Shown: one piece after another, positions 10,514 through 23,400 of the stretch
Layout of the letters: each line of letters begins with the position of its first letter
How positions within the stretch are numbered: position 1 is the first letter of the stretch
Origin: Botryllus schlosseri
Lineage: Eukaryota
Reading direction: 5' to 3'
DNA length: 64,000 bases
NCBI GenBank assembly: GCA_051294905.1
Contig: CM119374.1
Location: forward strand, 29,884,001-29,948,000
Made by a program: the position numbers and the translations under genes
Notes under the pieces: model-generated
Told to the model about the DNA's origin: nothing
What the model saw: only the letters and a program-made list of their open reading frames with translations
The model's database searches: none

Positions 10514-12429
10514 GTTCAAGATGGATACCGTGCTTTTATTATATTACAATCTTCAAGTTATATTCAATCATGTCTGGAGCGTGTTTACAACATGTGTTGG
10601 TGGTTACAGCTGTTATTTACATGTGCGGGTGTATTTACATCGGTTTGACGTTGAAGTATCGCAGGTATCAACCAGGTATCACTGGGGGTAACGCAAGCAT
10701 TCCTGGCCCGACCACCATCTCTACAAGCTTACGAACAACGAAGTGACGCGAAAGACACGGTATTTTTTATTGGGAACTGAATAAATACTAGTCAACGCTC
10801 GAGATTACTGGATCATGATGTGACTAATCGACCTCGATACCGACACATGCCACTTCATTTTCACCGCTTATCGTATATTGTTATTTTATGTTTATTTTCT
10901 ATTCATTGTACAATGACTCTTATTTCCACGTTCTAGGCCAAAGTGTTTGTCTGATGAAAAGACGACTCCAAGTCGTTTTAGCTCCTTCCTATCTTTGCCT
11001 TGCCTCGCAACACTGTAGATCTTGTGTCGTTTTGAGATGATACAATTATTATACTGATAATGATGAATAAATTGCGAAACTCAGACTGAATGTGCAGTTG
11101 TGCACCTGTCTGACTACATACAGCCCAAGCATGACACACGCGCGTCCGGCGGCCGTAAACACAGTCTCGACGTGATACCTGCGATACCTGAGTATATCCA
11201 CATGGCCCTCGCGATCTTTAATGCGCTGACGCTGCATGTCTGCTTTGCTCCATGTCCGATATCTGCACAAGTATTTTTTATGATATATCATATATGTATT
11301 GTGGTGTTACTGGTTTTATTGCATGTCATTTGACGTCTTTGGTCACTGGAACGAGATGAAACCTCCATACTATACTTGACCAGTCACTGATTACTACATA
11401 AACCGCGCGTAATATTATACGGTACAGTCTGAGTCTGTAACATGCTGTGAATGGAACGCACATGATATATACTGCCTGCGATTGTATATCGTGCCTACTT
11501 TCGCTGGGACTACCGGAATGACAGAATGATTGCACTGTGTGGGTATTGAGGTTACTAATTACCAAATAACGTTATTCTGCAGCCTCTGAAGTGGGATGTT
11601 GATTTCAGCATAAAATGACATCCTAACGGCTAACGCTAACCCTAAGGCTGACAGTATAATCCGCGATCCCATTCGTTGCGGACTAGTGATGCTTATTACA
11701 CAATTTCCGTGACATCAATTTTTTTAGTCAGCGTATCTCATAAATCAAGTGGGTGAGCAGAGTTCGGAGTTGTCGCTCGTAGATATTTAGTCTGTGATGT
11801 TTAAGACCGCTATTTTGACGCATGACCAATGACGTATTGTTAATTCATTCAATTTTATTCAAAAATGCTGTTACCAGTCACAAAATCCATGAGATTATCA
11901 CACAATGAATTGAATCTAAGCGGAGTACCGACACGAATTTATTAATCAAATGTCCATGCAAACGAAAACGAGGGTAGAATCTAGAATCACAGCACTCTTT
12001 GTTTGCATCCCAAGTCTCAGACTGGGATGGCTTTGTCAATTTGCTCTACGGCTCGATATATTATAGGTGCCATGATCATGCCAGGCCTGAATTGAAAGAA
12101 TGTAATCTGTAAAATATTAGATTCTATAGGTGCAAGGAACGTCAGGTAAAGGCAGTAGGCCCAACTCCAGGCGATACAGGCCTGTTCAACTACTAGGTCT
12201 AATCTAAAATTGAATAATATATTCATATTGAAATAAACCCAAAGTGGTAGGGGTCATCGCAACTAGTGAATAATTGAAAAACAAATGTACATCTACAATC
12301 GTAGCACCAAAGACCAAATATATAGGGTACGATTGTTTGTTAATACAATACAATGTTCTTCCCAATTATCTATACTAGTTGCTGATGAGTGTAGGCCAAA
12401 AATCGCCGGGTTTATTTCAATATGAATAT

Positions 12430-13047
12430 TAGGGCTGTTCAAAAATAACCTTTTTTCCTGAATCTTGCTGGTTACTTGATTAAATCGTTAGGTTGCCTTA
12501 AAAAACGACGCACACCAAATTTGAATTCATTCCAACCAATATTCGCGGGTTTCGTAGAGTTTGAAAATTTTGAATTTGCCTAGAAATGCAAAAAAATTTT
12601 TTTTTCAAATTTTTCTGCCAACCCCATGAAATTGTTGCGCTGTCTTCAAAGACGATGCAAAACAAATTTGACTCAATTCGAAGCCGTAGAAGTGGAGTTA
12701 TTTCAGTTTTTCTTCGATAATTCTGGGATTATCCTTGATTGTTGGATCATCCCAGAATTATCATCAAAAAACTTGAATAACTCCGCTTCTGCAGCTTGGA
12801 ATTGAGTCAAATTTGTTTTCCATCGTTTTTGAAGACAGCGCAACAATTTCATAAGGTTGAAAGGAAAATCTGACTAAAATTTTTTTTGCATTTTCAAGCA
12901 AATTCAAAATTTTCAAACTCTACGAAATCCGCGAATATTGGTTGGAATGTATTCAAATTTGGCGTGCGTCGTTTTTTAAGGCAACCTAACGATTTAATCA
13001 AGTAACCTGCAAGATTCAGGAAAAAAGGTTATTTTTGAACAGCCCTA
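12430..13047. mobile_element. Fold-back hAT-type MITE, 618 bp, almost entirely a single inverted repeat
   Basis: TIR TAGGGCTGTTCAAAAATAACC; arms of about 300 bp with scattered mismatches; perfect TSD ATGAATAT. The host repeat occurs uninterrupted elsewhere (TTTCAATATGAATATGCTATTCAATTG near 35300). Confidence 0.92.
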
Positions 13048-13254
13048 ATGAATATATTATTCAATTGTGTAGGCTTATTAAAGCTCTTTACCTCCAACAA
13101 GAGTCTTCAATCACTAATTTGTTATCTACGCGGATGCTGGAATGTTGATTTAAAACAAATGACAATCATACTTTTAATTACAATCAATGATGACCCAATG
13201 ATTTTTCGATTACAGAACATAGAATGCCAATTTCGTTACAGTACAATCCTTGAA

Positions 13255-16173
13255 ATGGAGCTAGGAAATGGATTTCACAAACCGCTCACATCCCCAAACG
13301 CTGACGAGCACCAACAAATGCTCCTGTACTTTGACAAGCTGAAGTCTTCCGACCAAGGATTGGAGTATTCCGTCACCGAGTTATTAAACGAGGAGGGCAA
13401 GTCACAGCAAGAAGAACTTGTGTTTTTGCACTGGAAAGTTGTGGAATCGCATGTAAAGCAACGTAGCGATTCATTACCAATGCATATCAGACGGTGGTTG
13501 AAAGAGGCTTTACTTGAATGGATTAGAAAACACGCTAATGGGAGCTACAATGTACCGACATACCTTCGAAACAAAGCAGCTCAGGTCTTTGCATTGGTAT
13601 TTGCACATGAGTTCCTGCTAACATGGCCAACGATGATTTTGGATACCATGAAAATTTGTCTTGAAGCGCCAAAACCGAGTGGTGTCGATTTTTATTTGCG
13701 TGTCTTGCTGGCAATTGATGTGGAAGTTGTCGATCGCGTGATCACACACACGGAGGCAGAACAGGCTCGCAACACTAAAATTAAGGACACAATGCGTGAA
13801 GTATGCATTCCTGATATGGTGGAGTCTTGGTATAATTTACTGGTCGTGAATACGGAAAAACTGGATAAAAACATCACGTCAATGTGCATGAATGTTGTCG
13901 GATGTTACATCGAATGGATTGATATCAACATGATCGCGAACGAGAGATTTTTGACCATTATTTTCTCTTTTCTTACTGAAAAAACGAATTCGGAAGTCCG
14001 CGAAGCTACGTGCGAGTGTTTGAGAGAAATTGCATGTAAAGGAATGTCTCCTCAAGACAAAGTACGTCTGGTCCAAGTCCTTTGGCCTGAAATTCGAAAA
14101 TACTGCCATGTAAGACCGGAAGAAGACATCGATTTTGTGATCAAATTATCGCGATTAGTGGGCGGCATCGGTTCAACGTTAGTCTTCACTTTTAATAAGT
14201 TACTAAAATGCGAAAATACGCCTGAAACTCAACAAAACATGCACGCAGTCAAAGATTCTATCAATGACAAAATAGAATTTTGTTTCAAATTCCTATCTCA
14301 CGACGATGACGACGTTTCACAGCAATGCGTGCAGGTGGCGTTGGATTACGTTGATTTTTTGAAGAAAAAAAACTGGCTGGATGATGCAGAGAAGCAAAAC
14401 ATGGTGACTTTATTCGGGATTTTGGTGCGAAAGTCAAAATATGACGAAGAATACTGTTTTGAGAACGAGGGTGAGGACGAAGCGGAATTTAAAGAATATT
14501 TGAAATCGCTGAAAAATATTTACGAAAACCTAATTCTGCTGGAACCAAAGATTTTACAGACACTCCTACTTGAATTGCTACGTTCAACTCTGCCAAACTG
14601 GCAAATAGTAGACTTCAGCACCGTTGAAGTCACAATCAGACTATTGTACTTACTAGGAGAATCGTTAGCCGTAAATCTCGGAACATTATTCTCAAACGAT
14701 TCCAAATCTTTGTTGCAAGAAATGATGGCTGTGCTCACATCAAGCGGTGTCTGCGACCACACACATCCATATGTGCGTCTTATGTTTTTTGAAACTGTAG
14801 TCCGTTACGACAGATTTTTCATACTGCAAAGCACCGAGGCAAAGGTCTTGTTTCAAGTAACGAAAGCGTTTTTGGATATCCGCGGTATTAAATCCGATAA
14901 TCCAACTATCAGAAGCCGTTGTGCTTATCTGTTATCTAGATTCGTTAAAACTACGTCCAAAGCATTGCAGAATTTCTGCGGTGAGCTTCTACATGATATT
15001 CAAGACTTGCTTGTTTTGAGTCCATCGAACAGCATTGAACGAATTCTTTCAAACGACGACCAACTGTTCATATACGAACTCGCCGGTACTTTAATTGTCA
15101 ACAGCGATTCTGATGTCAAAAATGCAATGATGACTAATTTATTGCGCCCTCTCGTCGAAGGATTTCCAATTTTACTCACAAAAATGCATGAAATCGCGAG
15201 TATTGAAGACAAAAACGGAGATCAAAATCGGATTGAAAGCACAGCCATGGCAAAAACAATCAACTACGCAATGTCATACGCAAGCCGTACTAGCAAAGCA
15301 TTCAGTAACAAACACACCATGGCTCAAGCTAACTGTTCCGCAGTATACACGGAGACCTTACGAATATTTTTATCAGGATTTGAAGTCGAAATACACCATG
15401 ACATCATCCATTCCGGTATCAGGCAGTATTTGCATCGTATGGTGATTTGTTTGGAGGATGAAGTCTTACCTTTTGTGCCTGTCGCGGTACATAATCTTTT
15501 GAAACATTGCGACGCACGCGCGTTACATCAGTTTATTCCGTTGATTAATCAAATCGTGAACAAGTTTAAAAAAGTGGTCTCGCCTTTTCTGGTACAGATT
15601 TTCATGCCTGTTGTAAAAACAGTTTTCAAAATACTATCGGAAGACCGTGAATCTGAAGACTTGAAAACTGTGCGACGTACCTATTTCCAATTCATCCACG
15701 CGATCGTATCTAACAATCTGTCCGACGTGATTCTCTCTCAACAGCGTCAAGACTCTGAAATGGTCCTAATCACTTTAAGGCAAGGGGCTGTGGATTACCC
15801 TGACCCTTCAGCTCAAAAAGTCTGCTTCAGCATATTCCACAAGTTCGTTGAATCATGGAAAGTCAACAAAAACGAGGTTCTCCGTGATTTAATCATGCAT
15901 ATCGTAATACCGTCGTGTTTTCAAGCTCCCATGAGGCCGACCTTTGACCTCACAGACGCTCAGACGGTTCTTGTGTTGAAACAAACATCATCTATGATGA
16001 AAGACTTGTATGTAGCTTTTGGGGATGAAATTATAGTCGCACTGCAAGCTTACCTGCCAACAATAGAATTTTCTGCGCCGTTGACCGAAGAATATTGCCA
16101 AGCCTTGAAGCAACTCGATGTGAAACAATTTAGGAATTACACAAAAGCTTTTTTCCAACGTGGCAGGGGATGA
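13255..16173 (+). CDS. XPOT: Exportin-T (tRNA exportin), single coding exon, 972 aa
   Basis: Uninterrupted ORF with recognisable exportin-T segments (LRNKAAQVFALVF, GVDFYLRVLLAIDVEVVDR, RNTKIKDTMRE, IRSRCAYLLSRFVK, DAQTVLVL). Start set at ATG 13255, 14 nt after a TTTCGTTACAG acceptor; length then fits known exportin-T (about 960 aa). Confidence 0.95.
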   Translation: MELGNGFHKPLTSPNADEHQQMLLYFDKLKSSDQGLEYSVTELLNEEGKSQQEELVFLHWKVVESHVKQRSDSLPMHIRRWLKEALLEWIRKHANGSYNVPTYLRNKAAQVFALVFAHEFLLTWPTMILDTMKICLEAPKPSGVDFYLRVLLAIDVEVVDRVITHTEAEQARNTKIKDTMREVCIPDMVESWYNLLVVNTEKLDKNITSMCMNVVGCYIEWIDINMIANERFLTIIFSFLTEKTNSEVREATCECLREIACKGMSPQDKVRLVQVLWPEIRKYCHVRPEEDIDFVIKLSRLVGGIGSTLVFTFNKLLKCENTPETQQNMHAVKDSINDKIEFCFKFLSHDDDDVSQQCVQVALDYVDFLKKKNWLDDAEKQNMVTLFGILVRKSKYDEEYCFENEGEDEAEFKEYLKSLKNIYENLILLEPKILQTLLLELLRSTLPNWQIVDFSTVEVTIRLLYLLGESLAVNLGTLFSNDSKSLLQEMMAVLTSSGVCDHTHPYVRLMFFETVVRYDRFFILQSTEAKVLFQVTKAFLDIRGIKSDNPTIRSRCAYLLSRFVKTTSKALQNFCGELLHDIQDLLVLSPSNSIERILSNDDQLFIYELAGTLIVNSDSDVKNAMMTNLLRPLVEGFPILLTKMHEIASIEDKNGDQNRIESTAMAKTINYAMSYASRTSKAFSNKHTMAQANCSAVYTETLRIFLSGFEVEIHHDIIHSGIRQYLHRMVICLEDEVLPFVPVAVHNLLKHCDARALHQFIPLINQIVNKFKKVVSPFLVQIFMPVVKTVFKILSEDRESEDLKTVRRTYFQFIHAIVSNNLSDVILSQQRQDSEMVLITLRQGAVDYPDPSAQKVCFSIFHKFVESWKVNKNEVLRDLIMHIVIPSCFQAPMRPTFDLTDAQTVLVLKQTSSMMKDLYVAFGDEIIVALQAYLPTIEFSAPLTEEYCQALKQLDVKQFRNYTKAFFQRGRG

Positions 16174-16221
16174 TGTTTGCGTTTTTCTTGTGTGATTACG
16201 AAGATGTGTTTGTGTCAAATG

Positions 16222-17245
16222 CAGGGCTGGGCAGAATGATTCGAGTACTCGGATCTGAATCGAGTATGAATAGTAATGCTTGAAGTCAAGCATGGAAATT
16301 GAAAATAATATATTCATATTGAAATGAACCCAAATATTTTTGGCTGACACTCATCATCCCAATATTTATTTTGTTTCAAGCATCGAAAAAGATGCCGCCA
16401 TATAAGTATTTTGAACTGTAACTTAACAGTAGTCAGCATCAATACAATGCTGTTACTGCAAGTTTGATGCAATATTTTAACAGATTTAATTAACATAAAC
16501 TTAAATTCGGAATAGTCACCATTGGGAGGTACAGGACTTGAATATACAATTGAATAATTAACTCGTATTGAAATATTCCCAGATATTTTTGGCTGGCATA
16601 CGCGAACAGCTTATAGAAAATTGGACATAACATTGTATACGGTATCAACAATCGTATCACAACGTATGACAATGCCGGTATGAAATTTTGAATAATAACC
16701 ATTGGATTGATATTTATTTTCTAAAAAACGGTAGAGAACCAAAGTCAACTTTTCAATTTGTGTGATTGGCATATTTGACAGTGTAACATTGCTGCTCAGG
16801 ACTGACTTTGGTCACCGCTAGAAAAATTTACCAAATGATTGAAAAATATACCACTAAGAGTTTCATTTTCAATGAAAATCATAGTTTCTATACTATTTTC
16901 CGCCTTGGTAGGCTATAAACCTAGATTGTCCATATGGCAGCATACAAAACATGTAGTGCAAGGTCACGCACGTAGCTGGAAATGATATATCTGTGAAGCC
17001 GCGATCAACCCACAACATTGTCACAGAGTGCAATGAAATAGGCATGCTCAAAAATTGAAAAAATATTTTACCGCGGTGTAAAACTGGCATTATATTGTTT
17101 GCGGTTGCATGAAAGGTACCTATTTGAACTTTCCGCATTATTCATGCTGTTATGATGCACAATGAGTGAAACTTGAATTCTTGACTTGAAGCCAAATACT
17201 CTACTCAGAATCAAATCACTCAGTGTACGATTTTGCCCAGCCCGC
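16222..17245. mobile_element. Older non-autonomous hAT-type element between XPOT and Deltex
   Basis: TIR CAGGGCTGGGCA / TGCCCAGCCC(GC); TSD GTCAAATG / TTCAAAAG (6/8). Shares internal sequence with 60124-60624 and about 40950-41220. Confidence 0.65.
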
Positions 17246-17451
17246 TTCAAAAGTTGGACAAACGAACGTATTTCGCTTTATTTTATAGCAATTCTCAAAT
17301 TCTGAGATTTGTTCTCCGTTGGGTGTGGGTTTGGGATTTTGAAATTTGCTTTTATAAGGCATGCTCGTATCTTATGAGCCGAACGTTTCATGTTGGGTAT
17401 CAATTTTCATTTTTTTCTTTAGATGTATATATTTTGTGAATAGCGCAGACG

Positions 17452-20400
17452 ATGTCTTCTGACATTGTGGTTTGGGAGTGGCTGGAAGACAATGGTGGGT
17501 GTACTTCGATTCATTTTTTCCTGTGGCGGTGTCTAAAGTTGAGCGTTTTCAGGTCTTTTTTTCGCGTACGAACCCAAAACTTCAAACGAAATCGAAAAAG
17601 CTTCTAATTCGCATTCCACCGTCTCTGTCGATGTTCGTCATATGCGTTATGTCATCGATCCGAACACAAAACAACAGACTAACAGAGACACAGGTGAGTC
17701 TGTATGGATGTCCACAGTAGTGTCTATGTCCTCTTGAAAGGATTAGTCCTCTTTTCTCAAGAAAAGCGAATGGTTCTCCGAGGATGCTCAAAATGCTTGA
17801 ATGTCCTCTATTTTCGCATTTCGAGTTACGTGCTTATACTTTCAACAATACTTTTTTGCGAGTCGTATTTATTTTCCAAAAAAAATACTGTATCCATGAA
17901 ACATGCTGAATTGCTGGTTTAAACAAGGTTTTCCAACAAATCGTCTGGTCAACCCGACCTTCTTCATTGTTATTGCAAACATTGTTTGACGATGGACGTT
18001 TTTAACATGCGATGATCTGGCACAATTTTGGACTTAACAGATCTATTGGATCAGTTGTGAGCATCTTGGCGGTAGTACATAATTCCAATGATATTTCATG
18101 TAAACAATTTCACGAACTCGTTAAAAATGATCTTTCTTTATTGGCAATTAAGTTAAGGGAACCCAGAAGTATTCATGGGCCGCATTTGAAAGAGAAATTT
18201 GATTTTTTGTGTTCGTTCTTGTAACTTTTGCTTTGTTTTGTTTTTGTAACTTTTGCGGGAAGGTGACGTAAAACATCCTCAAACATAACAATTCTACTTT
18301 CGTTTTACTTACCGGTAAAAATCTTTTTGGGTGCTGAAGATAGGGTATGCCTGTTTTGACTTGGTCACCATGATTCAGGAATGACCCGTCAGATTCGAAG
18401 GACTGTGCTGCCTTGTACAAGCGCTTTCGCTCGAGGACTTAAATGGGAATGGCAAGATCACAGGTTGGTTCATTGCTGGCCACTACTCTCATTTTTCTGA
18501 TTCTCTCATTTGAAACGCAGGCCCTGGCGGCCGTACGCCGCAGAGCTGGTTGAAGAGATTGATGAAGCGCATCAGCGTGGAGACAATACTCTGAATCTAT
18601 CGTTGAAACATGCAGACATGCCGTATGAAATAGATTTTCGGAATATGACACAGGTACAGCCCAGACTTGAACTAGATAATTCTAGGTGTCTAATTAGACC
18701 AAAATGTAAGTAATTTAATTCTAATCTGATTTGTGAAATGTTTCTACACTCTCATTTTATTTCTAATTTAATTTCTGGTTTTCCTGGAAATGCTACAGGA
18801 AAACTGCATTTTGCGAAACGAGCTAAGCCTGCTGTACAGGCATTTGCTATTCTCATGCCCAGGAGAACCAACTTTGATTTGATATGACCTAAACTTGATG
18901 CAATTTCCGTGTTTTCTCGAATTCTGCAATTCTAATCTAATTTGAGAAAAAAAACTATAGTTATAATTCTAATATTAGTCTAATATGGAAAAAATGTAAC
19001 TATATTACTAATTTCAGTCTAATTTGAAGAAAAAAACGGTAGCTGTCCTGTCATTCTTATTTCAATCTAATTTGAGAAAAAACTATAGTCATGATTCTAA
19101 TACTAGTCTAATTTGGAGAAAACAAGCTATATTACTAATTTCGGCTAAATTTGGAAAAAAGCTATAGTTATCATTCTTATTCTAATCCAGTGGTTCTTAA
19201 ACCTTGCCTCGAGCGCCCCCCAGGGGGCGCTGGTGATTTTGAAGGGGGCGGAAACGCTCAGGGGGCGATATGGGGGGCGCTGGGCTCAGGGGGGCGATAT
19301 GGGGGGCGCTGGTAAAAAATGGCTTCGTAGTAGATAATGTGGTAGTAGGACATATCCTTAATGAGTATTCAGAGCGATTTAACACCAAAAACTTCATTAT
19401 ATATAGCCCACAAAAGACATATAGGTTTAATTGTCCATAGGCGCCTAAATGACTGGCACCGAATGTTCCTGTTTTGGCAATCTGAACCTCAGAAGACGAA
19501 TTCTATCTGGCAGGGAAAAATTATATGCCAGTGAAGAAATACCAATTTGAAATCGTGTGCGTCTTGTAGTTTAGTACTATTGAGCGACAGGGATATATAG
19601 AACTAGATATCCCTGTTGGGCGATATCCCTGTTTGGCGATTCTATATTTTTTTTATATAGCAGACAGGAGGTCACGAAATAACATCATGCAGTGAAGTCA
19701 TACCAACGAGTCCGCCCGCCCGAATATGTTTAATTATTAGTTACGGGCCCTACAGTTTCCAAGACACCTCACAATGTTCCCTCTACGTTTTGACGAGTCT
19801 GCGCACACTCACCAACTCACTGTGCAGATCCTTGGACAACAGTGCGTAACGACTAAAAAAAGGTCATAACTTCGGATTTGTTGTGCGCAACGTAGATTTT
19901 CGGTGGGCAGAGACCGTGTCAGCACTGAGCACAGGCGCAGCTTAGAGGGAACGTTGCACCTCACTCAGCTCTACCGGTAAATCTTGTAACGTGAGCAGAG
20001 AGGACAAGAAATTGATAGCAATATATATATGCAATTCCCGATCTTATTGACCGATTTTATCATGAATTATCGAAAATTTTCGCGCTTCGCACTGGCTCGC
20101 TAAACAGTACAGCTGATTTCATGGCAAAAGCGAACAACGTGATGGGGGGCGATCGGTTTATCACTCCTATGGGAGCCTAAGACCCAAGTTTTTTCGGGGG
20201 GCCTGACGAAGTGTCGTTTCGTTCTTGCCAACGGGTATACGCCCGAAGATGTATAATTATTATTGAGGGGTCCTACCTTCTCAATCACACATCACTCAGC
20301 TCTACCGGTAAATCTGTTTACGTGAGTAGAGAGAGGATTAAAATTGATATCAATATATATGCAATTCCCGATCATATTGACCGATTCAATAATAATAATT

Positions 20401-23400
20401 ATTGAAATTTTTCGCGATTCGCACGTCTAGGCGAGAATAGCTGGCTCAGTAAATGGACACCCAATATAGATGACCAGTATCAGCAAATAGCGGATAGCCG
20501 AAGGGGGTCTGGGAGCGAAGCCCCCCGGAAGTTTGGTTTATCACCCTATGGGGGGCCCAAGACCAACGTTTTTTTGGGGAGGCTGACGAAGTGTTGTTGC
20601 CGCCCTGGTAACGAATTAATTGTACCTACGGGCACGCCCGACTATGTTTAATAATTAATTACGTGCCCTTTATTTTCCAATACAACAGCTCACTCAGCGC
20701 TACTGGTAAATCTGATTACGTGGGCTGAGAGGATAAAAAGTTTATAGCGACATATATATATGTATTTACCACCTATTCATTCATGCATTATAGAAAATTT
20801 TGGCACCTAGAGCGACCAGGCCACACAAACTTTGCTGACCATCGAAATCACGCTATACGGGGTTCTTGGGGGCGAAGCCCTCAGAAGCTGTGTTTATCAC
20901 GCTATGGGTGCACAAGGCAATCGTTTTTAGGGGTTTGACAAAGTGGTGATACGGCCCTTCCTTTTACTCATTGTCTTTATTACATTCCTCACAATATGAC
21001 GTTGGGGGGCGCTGGAGCACGATAATCTTTGAAGGGGGGCGCTGGAGGAAAAAAGGTTAAGAACCGCTGTTCTAATCTATTTTGATAAAAAGAATCTGTA
21101 TATTTATAATTCTAATACGCTACTAGTCTAATTTGGTAAAGACTAGCTATATTACTAATTTCAGTCTAATTTGGAAAAAAAACCATAGTTATTATTCTAA
21201 TTCTAGTCTAATTAGAAAAAAATTTAGCTTTCATTCTAATTCAAGCCTAATTGAAAAAAAACTGTAGCTATTATTCTAATTCTAGTGTAATTTGGAAAAA
21301 AAAAATATAGCTATAAGGTATTATTGCGATTCTGATCTAATTCAATAAAGCTAAAAATTTTCTAGCTACGATACAAACTTGATATGCGCAGGTAAACATC
21401 CAAACTCACTACTGGAGGTCAATTCGAACACAGCATCTGAGCGGGTCTTATGCGTCCAACGTGACGACGTTGCCTTCATCTGTGCCGAGTCCCTCCTCAA
21501 GCCTTTCAAAGTCAGCACAAAGTTTTGCTGGTCCATCTCAGGCCTCTGTGGCGCCACAGTCTGGTTCGGTCATCGGGGCATCAAGTCAACCGATGAGACG
21601 GAAAAGGTTCGTATGATATTAATAAAATACGGTAATAAATATAATCAAAATATCAGAGTTGTAACCAAGTTCCCAGTCACAAGTCTATTTTATAGTTTTG
21701 ACTCGAGTAAAGCCGAGTCATTTTCAATTCCTCACAGAGTCAACTCCGAGTCAGGGTGCAACGGGTCCAGTTCAAGTCAGGTTCAACTGACTTCTATAAA
21801 ACTCTTGCGTGATATCCAAGGCCTCACATTCGCAGCACACTCATTTTTCTCATTCTAAACATGATTTGCTGCAGCTTCATCTTGCAATCATAGAGGATAT
21901 TGGCCTTATTCTATGAACTGTACAGGTACATCTTACACGTCTCATTTGCTTTGGAATTGACACTGTAACCATTTTTTGGTATGTGTCCGTCATGTGTTTC
22001 TCAAGTTTACGCTATTTTGTTGCCTGTTTTGTTATTTTGTGATGATGAATAAAATTTTGTCTCTCTCTATTCAAACCGATAAATGACCGTTTCTGGGCCT
22101 ATTTTTCAATTGTCGGACCTCACATACGAGACTTGAATATGTCGTATAGAATGTGTTGAGTTCTATGACTTGCTAGAGTCAATACAAAAATTGACTTTAG
22201 CCGAGTCATTTTCCTCTTCTAAGTAAATGACTCTAGTGGACTCGACGAAACATTGAAAATTGTGACTCGAGTCGAGTCATTATAACCCTGCCAAATATAT
22301 TATATTATTTATTTATATCTGCGATACTTTTGCAGCGTAGCTTGGAAAGATTGCCCACACGGCGGAATATCTTCCTCAGCTAACAGTGAGTATATCAAGC
22401 TTTGACCCCAAGCCCCAGAACAAACGCATTTACAACAGGAGGTGGTCAATAATGAAGTACTTCACTTTTTTCGAGTACTCGAATAGGATTTGCTTATTTC
22501 CACCACCTACTCGAGCGGTCATGATTTTACTGCTTACAATTTGAAACTTTTTATGCATTGTATTTTCAAGTAGAAAGTGGTCTTGGGAAAGGTTCCAACC
22601 ACGTGAAATGAACTATGTACTGTGGCTGAATATATTTCCAGAAGTTCTATATGTAGTGTCATTAGGCAATTAGCATTCGTCACGAAGATGCGTCTTGTGA
22701 TTTCGGGTCAGTCAAAATTGAGCGACTTAGTGGTTCGATTCTGAATCGAGTGCTCGGCTGCGGGTGTTCGGCTATCGCTCATTATAACATAGGGTTACCG
22801 TAAGCTGTCTTTTAGGAGGATTTGTCCTCTTTTTTTAAAACTTTTTTGAAAGTGTCTTCGGAGGACTATCAAATGTCCTCTTTCTGAGAAATTGTCCTCT
22901 GTTTTAAAAATTTTGGTCAAGTGTGTGTGGAAATTCAACTTGGATATAGGAAATGAGTACTCAAGTACCGGTCTGGCGGGTCTTTCGGGAGTTGAGCCAG
23001 GTAGACGACCTTTTTTTTAGTCAACCAGAAGAATTTGTGGAAAAATTCCAGTTTTCAGCTTTCAGAATTTTTAAGAAGTCTCCTATTTTTCGGATCTCAA
23101 GATACGGTAGCCCTATTATAACATGATCTGAAAAGTTGAAATTTGTACTTTCTATGCAACCACAGAGAATACAATGCCACTTCTACATCACAATGTTATT
23201 TGCTTTCTGATATGTTTAAATATTTATGCTGTTACTTGTACTTTGCAACGTTGATTACTCTGACCACCTTTGCATTCCAATCAGGTCAAACGCAGAATGT
23301 ATCTGTGAGCGAAGCGATGTCTTTGCATACTCAAAAGGTAGAGAACGGATCTACAGAGGTTTGCGCCGTGTGCCAAAACAATCTTGACCAACAGTCTGGC

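Noticed and set aside
13048-13254. 69-codon N-terminal extension of XPOT in the ORF track
   Set aside because: The ATG at 13048 is part of the MITE target-site duplication (ATGAATAT). The extension is AT-rich, unlike exportin-T, and lies upstream of the acceptor at 13241.
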